Positions 53,933 through 64,000 of a stretch of DNA of 64,000 nt are shown here, piece by piece. Source of the stretch: Gonapodya sp. JEL0774. Taxonomy: Eukaryota. The position numbers were made by a program, and so were the translations under genes. The stretch's first letter is position 1; the number at the start of each line of letters is the position of its first letter. The DNA lies in NCBI GenBank assembly GCA_027604505.1, contig JADIIX010000094.1, positions 1-64,000 on the forward strand, read 5' to 3'. Below the pieces are notes generated by a model. The model had not been told where the DNA came from. It saw only the letters and a list, made by a program, of their open reading frames with translations, and did not search any database.

Positions 53933-54988
53933 ATGGCAACCACATCCTGGGCAGAAGAGGTGAATGACACGGGACTTGAACCACTCTACAGGCTGGCTGG
54001 CCATCAAACCATCGCGGACCAGAACGGCTGAGTTACTGCTCCAAGTCCCCGCAAGAAAGATTGATCTCCATCTGATCTTTCGTTTTCTTTTTCATCCAAT
54101 TACATTGCTTTGTGATAGACGATCTTGCCAACTATGGGACTGTTGCAGCGTTCGTAAAGGAAGTATTGAAGGGCCCGTGGAAGACCAACCGGGAGCCTGC
54201 GAGGACGAAAATTGTCCGTGAACTTGCGCGGGCTTTGGATCTGAGTTCCTCTCGAGTCAACACGATCGATCGCGTAAGTTTGACTCAGCTTATATTCTCC
54301 AATCAAACCTTCTCTTATTTTGATGGATTCCGCATATGCATTTGATATATCCATTCACTCCTGCCTTGAATTTGTCTCTGTGTGCAACTTGACGGCTCTC
54401 CACGTTCATACCAGTGGCTATCCTACGAGGAACTAAGCGAGCGCTTCCCGGAGTAGGTGCTAACAGATGTGGTTCTTTTTTCGTACTTGAATTTTCCCCT
54501 AACATGGACTGTTCACATAACCATATCTACACCTTACCTGCAAGGTCCGCTGTGACAGGATCCAAAGTGAGTTTTAATCTTTGAATATTGGCACTCCTAA
54601 TAAATTCATTTTGCTGATCTACTTTGCTCATGCAGAATGCCGCTAACGTGTGGGCACCAAGAAAATACTTGCAATATGTGAGTTCATCATTCTTCAAGAG
54701 TGAGGTTATATGGTTTATTTTTTACAAATGCGGTGTTTTCCTTTGAAGACTACTGCTGGCATTTGCGGCAGGTTGCCACCGGAGCTTGAGCAAAAAGCAG
54801 TCGAACATTTCATGGTCGATCCATCTCAAAGCATCCAAGACTTTGCGATCTGGATCTTTAAAGAATTTGGTACATGGTACCAACTTCAAAGTGTTCATAA
54901 GTTGTTGAAAAAGTATGGAGCATCAACTGAGACGTTGAACGAAATATTAGAGGAGGCAGGAATAGAGAACGAATATACGTACTCATAA
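53933..54988 (+). CDS. IS630/Tc1-type helix-turn-helix DNA-binding protein without a DDE domain; 5' end uncertain
   Basis: Small in-phase exons (WLSYEELSERFPE|SAVTGSK|NAANVWAPRKYLQY) lead to GRLPPELEQKAVEHFMVDPSQSIQDFAIWIFKEFGTWYQLQSVHKLLKKYG, then a stop. Confidence 0.55.
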
Positions 54989-55211
54989 TATTACAAAGGT
55001 TTCTGACTTGGGGCATCTGCCGGTTGAGGGATAGCATGGGATTGCCCTCCCCTTATCCGGCTGGGTTTGTGCTCAGACACCGGTCCGGCCACGCTGCTGG
55101 GTCCGTTACTAGTTTGAAAGGCGGACCTGGCTCCTTGAGAGTTGTCTGCACGGGCGTGCCTTGATCTGGCTCTTGTGCCTTTAATTTGAATCTGTCACAA
55201 TCTCTAATTGA

Positions 55212-56745
55212 GATGGCTTTAGTAGGACGAATAATGCAGCTTCCGGTAAGTGAATGCGTTTGGCGTTTCCAATTCCTGAGTTCAAACTGTGGACCCCCGC
55301 GATCAGTTGTTGATCGCTACTTTCAACATTACTTCGTGGATGCCATTGGTACGATTCCATGTTGACACCACATACACCCTGTACTCACTACCATATCCAG
55401 ATACTTACCAGGAAGTTTGGGATTCATCGAACGGGACTGAACGATACGTTTACCTGACGCATTCTTGGCTCTTGTCCATGTATCTCGACGACTGTCCGAA
55501 ATATGCGCAATTTCGCTGCCCAACGGCAGAGGAAAAATTGAAGGTCGTGGAAGCCATACGGAGGTACAATTGCTTGCTCATTGCTCTTGGAAGGAATATG
55601 TGATTACGAGCCTCTTGATGCTCATCTCCACCTAGAGGGCAACTCACTTACCACGCCTACCCCTTCAACACTGAAATTGAGTATGGTAATGCGGATCTCG
55701 CCCGCTATGCCATTCAACTCACACACCACATTGATGACCTCGTCGCCAACTATCCCAACACCACTGGACCGAATTTGAACCGTCGCAAGACCGTAGTTTT
55801 GCAACGAGATGTACCAGGAATAACACAATCCGTCATACCGATCCTTGTATCGGAGGGCGTAAGGGCCATTTCGGTGAGTCTTGCGTTCCTTCCAGTTCCG
55901 TGGATCCTCTCCTTCAATTGCCTTAACGCGGTTGACGTGGCCTGGATTCAAAGTTCGGATGCAACGCCGCCTCCAGTCCCGTTGCCGTGCCGCACAATCG
56001 GCCTTTTATATGGCGAAATGATCAAACTGGCGATTCTATGCTCGCCTTGTACAATGATGGCAGTTACGGATGGGAGTTGGATCCAGTGAAACACTTGTTC
56101 TACGTCCCTCTACGTGAGGGCAGAAAGTCATGTCCATATGGAGCCATTTTTGCGTGGTGGGGTTGGGATAAGTAGGTGTATTGCATTCGACTTCTGATGG
56201 GATTTGTAAACTAATTCTCTCCTGGTATGTACTCCCTCCATCAGCGCTGGCCCTTTTCCCGTGTCTGATATCCGCAATTATTATGCCCAATTCAGACGGA
56301 CATACCCGAATGCAACTTTCATTGGCGCCACGCTGGAAGATGTTGCTGACGCCTTTACTTCCCCAGAGTGCCTTTCGCTCCTTGAAACTGTGGATGGTGA
56401 GATGGGTGACACATGGGTGAGTGAAAGGAGACAAGGCACTTAGTTCAACGTTGCTCCTGCCTTGTGCTATATTCCTCTAGATCTACGGAATGGGCTCGGA
56501 TCCTTATAAAACAGGAGCTTTGAGGGCACTAATGCGAGCTCGGGAACAATGTGGTACCGATCCGTTGTGTGAGACAGATCCGGGCAATGTGTCTGAAGGA
56601 AGGTCTTGGGGCAATTTTTCGAGGTGGTTGTTGAAAGGGGTGGAACACACATGGTGAGTAAACGAGGATTCGAAAATGCTTTGCTATGACAAAATCACTT
56701 CATTCCCCATCCTCGATTCCAAGGGGCGGGTCATACAATCATTAA
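55212..56745 (+). CDS. DUF5054/GH38-N-like glycoside hydrolase family protein, apparently truncated
   Basis: YVYLTHSWLLSMYLD, TYHAYPFN, LQRDVPGITQSVIPIL, WGWDN|AGP, EMGDTW|IYGMGSDPYK and LLKGVEHTW|G, then an early stop. Confidence 0.65.
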
Positions 56746-56772
56746 TAAAACACATTAAGGAAATTGGATATC

Positions 56773-56853
56773 GCGAGAGTGGTCGAGTGGTCAAGACGGA
56801 AGATTTAAGTCCTTCTCACGAAAGTGGCGTGGGTTCGAACCCCACCTCTCGCA
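56773..56853 (+). tRNA. tRNA-Leu(TAA), intronless, with long variable arm
   Basis: GCGAGAG/CTCTCGC acceptor stem; D arm GTCGAGTGGTCAAGAC; anticodon loop TT-TAA-GT; variable arm CACGAAAGTG; T arm GTGGGTTCGAACCCCAC; downstream T-run. Confidence 0.95.
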
Positions 56854-57766
56854 TCCCGGAAAGGGCTTTTGATTGTTTTTCGGACGTCAGCATTGGCTTG
56901 GCACTAGAGCAGTCACAATGTGGAATGACCCCAACGGAGCATCTCTAATGGAGTGACCATTTTTTTTAAAGCTGTGATAAGGGGAATAGTGTGATGTTCT
57001 TCACCGCTCTGCCACATCTCCGCAAATAAGAGACCTCGCAAAGACTCGTTTCCAAACAAACAATCACATCTCCTGCCACTGCTGCCAACCAATCATCAGC
57101 ATACAACTTGAAGGAATTCAAACATATAATGGCCTCTGAACACAACACACCCAGACGGACAACCGTCTGGTGCGGCAGAGCTGTACGAGTGTTAAAAAGA
57201 TACGTTTTTGATATTGGGTTGTCGTATCTTGCACTGTACCGGTCTCTGCACCTGGCACGTGCGTGCTGCCGAACCTGCCTAAGCCGAGAAAGGGGCGAAG
57301 ATGGAATGATGACCCGGTCACGTGACAAAGTCCAAGTGCGTGGAAACAGTAATGCAAACACTGCCAAGTGCCGGTGGGTCACGATCGTTTACTTGAATTC
57401 GAAAATGTCGCAAAGACAATCGAATTGTGTTTAGGAAGGCAATTGTATTGATTTGTTCCGTTGAGTTAGCTTGGAGCAACATCACGTAAGATATTCCAAA
57501 CTACATGTGATGACACGAAAAGGGATGTGAAAAGTTCTTGTGGGTGGAAATAATGCGAAGGGGATGGGGATGGATGGGGGATGGATGGGTTCCAGAAGTC
57601 CAGCAATTCTGAGGTCCACAAATCACGATGCAAATCTACGAGGGTCGGGGATTCACAAAGCAGGAACATGGGAGACAGATGGGAGATGGGGGAATAACCC
57701 AGAATGGGGTGGCGTACATCACTGGAGATGAAGGGTAGCGCGGTCGGTTGCGGTTCGGTAATCAAC

Positions 57767-60336
57767 TTATTGGTTGAACGTCCAACCACCCTAGAAACAA
57801 TTGGGGAGGAAGTTAGAAAAATGGGATGAACAGTAGTGGTGCAAAGGGAGCAGAAATACTAGGTGTAGTGCAGCTGCAACCCACCTGAGGTGCAGTTTGG
57901 CCGTCTGCAGAGAAGGCGAATGTCCCAGTTGTCTGATCCACCTCCGCCTCGATTCCAGTTTCCGTTTCTTCATCGCTGAAGTACTAGAAGAGATCACAAT
58001 GATGCAGGCGCACGGTAAAGGTGCAGCGACGGAAGGTCAGTGCATCCGCCAGGACTATTCTGGGCAACCCACATCTGAACGAACTAACCTTGTCAATAAT
58101 GGTATACGCCTTTTTGTAGATCTCCAAATTCTCGTGAACCTGCAAGTGATGAATTTTCTCCATCCCACCGCACTCTTCCACGTACAGCGCCATCTGATTC
58201 ACGTTCTGTGTCTGCTCTTTGTCTAGTTCGCCAACCTTAAGAATATTGTCCAACCCATCGCGCGCTACCTGAATTATTTTATTGTCACCAGAGACCAGAA
58301 GGTCACACAAGGGCTTGATGGCGCCTTGCTGAACAATGTACCGAATCTGCTCGGGCTTGGCCAAACCACCTGACGTGGCGTTGGAGACCGCCCAGCACGC
58401 CTCCTTCTTGGATTTGAAATCACCATGTTGGAGGATGTCCAGAAGGGGGGGAATGAGGTTCGCGTCGATCACGGCCTTCCATGCACAATGTGTTGGTCGC
58501 AAAAATTGGTGGAAGCAGCAAACAAATATCTCACCTGAATCTGTGTCGGGTTCCCCGCAGTAATATTCGAAATGGTCCAGCATGCCTCCTTCCTGATTCC
58601 GTCTTTCGGGCTTTGCATGAGTGCCGACAATGCCTGCAAGCTTCCACAATTAAGCATAACTTGGGTCTGGACATCATCTCCCGTGACAATGTTTCCGACC
58701 GAGCGAAGTGCTGGAGTCTGCACAGTATAGGACGGGTGACCAAGAAGGTCGACAAGGCGGCGGGAAACACCAGACTCAATGACCGCTTGAATTTTCTCGT
58801 TGGAGCCGTCTGAGAGGTATGAGATGGCCCAGCAAGAGTCGGTAAGGATTTCTTCGTCGTTGGCATAGATGAGCTTCGCGAGGACAAGCAGGGCCGGAGA
58901 AATCTAGGATGGAAATAAACAGCAACAACCAAATTTTTGAGTGGTCTGCGAGATTGCAGTGTGGACTATAATTATGTAAGAGTCCGTGGCTCTTTTTAGT
59001 CCAAATTCGGTTGGCCGATGATCCTCCTCGTTCATGAGAGAGGCGCCACTCAATTCATTGCTCCACCTACTGAAACCCATTACTAGAGTCCGTATGCTCA
59101 CCAATTGCCAGTCAGGAGGCGGGTTTTTGCCCCTGCATAGGTTGCTCAACGTCCAAGTAGCATTCCTCAACATGGAGAGCTTGCTCTGGCTCTCGTTCAA
59201 TATGTCCAACAAAGGCCTGAGCGCATTTTGCTGCAGTACTGCATCCCTGCACCGGGGTGAGTCACCAGCGATGTTACCCAAAGCCCAGACGGCCTGCTCG
59301 CGCACGTCGGGTACAGGAGAGCGCAGAAGCTCGATGAAGATTGGAACCGCGCCGGCTTCCATTACAACGAGCGTTTGTTGGGAGGAACCGGATGCAATGT
59401 TGGTGAGAGCCCAGGCAGCCTCGAACTGAGGAGGAAGGGAGGTGGATAAGGAAATTGTTAGATGAGACACAGTAGCGTGAAAATATTGGCAAACGAGGAC
59501 CTCCATCTCAGGGAATCTCAAAAACGACTTTGATGGGATCGCCACAAGGGTTTCAACAAAATGGTCTCGACATCCAAATCAGCGCAAAACGCTGAATAGA
59601 CAATACACGAATAGACAGAATGTAGCCGATCTCCATGGCAAAGACCTTAATCCACAATTTTTCCAAACCTCACCATCATATTGCCGCAGCAAGAAAGGCA
59701 AGAGCTTCATCGCCTCTTCTGCACGCTCATAACAGGACTCACCTGCAGCAATGAATTTGGGCTCCTCAAGAACTCCACAAACCTCGGAATCACTCCTGAA
59801 GCAATAACCTCCTCGATGGGCGGGTTGCGCTCCTTCGACAGAAGCTTGCGGAACTTGGCTGTGGCGGCGAGCTGGTCTTCAACGGAACCGGTGTTGACAG
59901 CGGCGACCAAAAGAGGTATCTGGTTGGAGGCCTGTCCGGAAATTGTGAGCGTACGTAAGAGGGTGATGATCACGAAGGACAGCGAGCCAGTTCCACTGAA
60001 GTACGAAGCCCAAGCGCTGTTCTAAGGACCGAGCTCGGAAACTGAGCTCAATCTTCAATATTGCTTGGCATACATTTTTGCAACCAATTTCGTCCACATT
60101 CATGCAATTTCACTCACTTGAACTGAATCCACCATCCCACCATCATCTTCTGACTCGTCCGTCGCGGATCCCGCCCACTGTGTCAGGTTCCTCCTCTTAG
60201 CCAAGCTTTCCTCTCTCTTCATCTTCCGAATCTCGACCGCGGCATCCTCCCTGCGGCGACGGAGCTGGTCAGCCTGTAAATCGCCGCGGTTTTTGTACTG
60301 AGCTTGACGATGCGCTAGGGAGCGGGGGGAGTCCAT
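57767..60336 (-). CDS. SRP1/KAP60: Importin subunit alpha (karyopherin alpha)
   Basis: IBB domain [93 protein letters not shown]. Confidence 0.97.
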
Positions 60337-61911
60337 GTCTGCTGGAGGTCGAGGATGTGAGGTGCGTGCAATTGGATGAAGGCGTGGCACGCAGACAACA
60401 TTTAAGGGGTGATGCGATGGCGGGAAGTAAAGTGGTTGAAGAATAAATCAGATTGATTTGATATGGAGTTCAGAGAAGGAGCGCAGGTGGCCGGAGAACG
60501 TGGTGGTAGACAATGGACGGATTGAAAAGACAAGTGACAAATTGATTGGTGATTGATTCGGAGAGGAGCAAGGGTCCGAAGGAGAAGAACCAACACGTGA
60601 GGTGAGAATACTTCTTACTTTAACAGCCCAAAAGGTAATAAACCAATGGCCAAGATGAGCCTTCTGCCGTATCCTCCACTGTTTCTTGCCTCTACACCAA
60701 GTTTGCTGATCCGAATCAATCGGGCACCAGACCGCAAGCAAACCTTCCACCGTCCTCATAAAAAAGTGCGATGAACTCCAGAAACATAAAGACACAAGCG
60801 TTCTCCTAGTCTCCGGCTCCTTCCCTTTCTCAAGCGTTCCACACCAGTCCGACCGCACTCGAGGACGGATCCTGGGGTACGAGGATAGGGACAAGCAGGA
60901 AAGAGGCAAGTGATTCGACAGGGGAGGGTCTTTGCACTCACCGCGGAGCATTCAGAGGGGGATTTGGGCGGAGCAAAGAGACGATTGGCGGACAGTGCCC
61001 CGTGCCATGGCCAGCAGACTGTCATTTTTCTTGTGGAAGAAACGTAGGAGAACTGTCAGCCAAGCTTCAGCACAATGAAGCACACTATCATCATCTTGTT
61101 TTGTTTCGCCTTCAGTCGCGGTCACGACGGTTAACCCAATGCTCAGACTTGAAGTTTTTGCTTCACCGCACAAAGAAACTTGTATTAATAACATCTAATG
61201 AAGGGTTTATCCAGTCATGAAGTTACGTCAGTCTGGGGAGCCACTCTTCCACAGTGTCGATTTGTCCCTTTGAGCAACAACCCCCACAACATGCATCCAA
61301 CAAGAGTGTTACACGAAGTGAATACATCAGACTGCGCACTGTAGTCTCTTGGAGACACGGGAATACGAGCCTGCAGGGTCAGGTTCGTGTGAAAGTTATG
61401 TGGATCTTCCCTTCCGTATTCTTTCGATAACACGAAGAACCAAACACCACTGAATGACTGGGCACAAGAAATCAGCCCACTGCCTAATTATAATTCAAAT
61501 CACTGGTTGAATTCACATACTTGTCGGTGGTCGCTCTGATTGGGGACGCTTGCCAAGCGTAGAACGAAGTACTATTGCGCCGGAGACGCCCAATGACCCA
61601 AAACACCGATAAATTCTCCAAGTGTCGAGCACGAGGTTTGCAGTGGCGGTTGATGAGAGATCTCGGGGCCCGGTGAGGTGCCGGGCTCAAAACAGATTCG
61701 CATCTATAACAAATAAATGGATTAAGTACACGTGCAGAAAACAGGACGGTCGGCTTACGTAGAAAATTTGATGTGATTACATGAACCGATTTGGGTTGAC
61801 TTGGAAATAAACGGTGTGGGCCGGGGATGATTCCGGCCAGGAAGGAGTAACACACTGATCAGACTGGTGCAGCATTTGGCACAGTTGGGCGTGCAGCATT
61901 CCGTGGAGTTG

Positions 61912-64000
<2,089 letters not shown>

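Larger units (their letters stand above)
43750..55200. mobile_element. Putative Fanzor-carrying mobile or accessory island; ends not defined
   Basis: Cluster of Fanzor, gag remnant, transposase-type HTH and unknown genes between conserved genes; CpG-poor. No unambiguous TIR or TSD found. Confidence 0.55.

Noticed and set aside
43850..55010. Possible TIR pair agtcagaactttgt (43852) and acaaaggtttctgact (54993)
   Set aside because: Only 8 bp match exactly, with indels beyond and no TSD; expected by chance.
54993..55190. Resemblance to U11 snRNA 5' end or SRP helix 8
   Set aside because: No Sm site in position and no GNRA-capped helix 8.
56966..57790. Overlapping ORFs between the tRNA and importin-alpha
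   Set aside because: No motifs or consistent splice model.
60400..61900. ORFs between importin-alpha and GEM1
   Set aside because: No recognisable product; likely divergent promoter and UTR sequence.

Overview
Intron-rich eukaryotic genomic DNA with short GT-AG introns, most likely from an early-diverging (chytrid-like) fungus. That assignment is inferred from Zn2Cys6 transcription factors occurring alongside a 6-TM Kv channel and DONSON. Recognisable genes: the 3' end of EF-1alpha, two tandem TM-SH3 genes, a Kv channel, a vWA protein, pescadillo/NOP7, two paralogous Zn2Cys6 factors, a PILS/AEC transporter, RPS14, myosin II, DONSON, tRNA-Leu(TAA), importin-alpha and the 5' part of Miro/GEM1. 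A head-to-head pair of spliced mitochondrial microprotein genes (BRAWNIN/UQCC6-like and PET100) is not seen whole by the ORF track. The main finding is a CpG-poor island at about 43.75-55.2 kb. It carries a complete 11-exon, about 820-aa Fanzor1 (eukaryotic TnpB-like RNA-guided nuclease) on the minus strand, with all three RuvC catalytic residues and a Zn finger intact. A strongly structured candidate omegaRNA follows it. The island also holds a Zn-knuckle gene, a decayed gag remnant, a large unknown gene with a degenerate SET-like C-terminus, and an IS630/Tc1-type HTH gene with no catalytic domain. All gene models were spliced by hand, and family calls come from motif recognition, not database searches.
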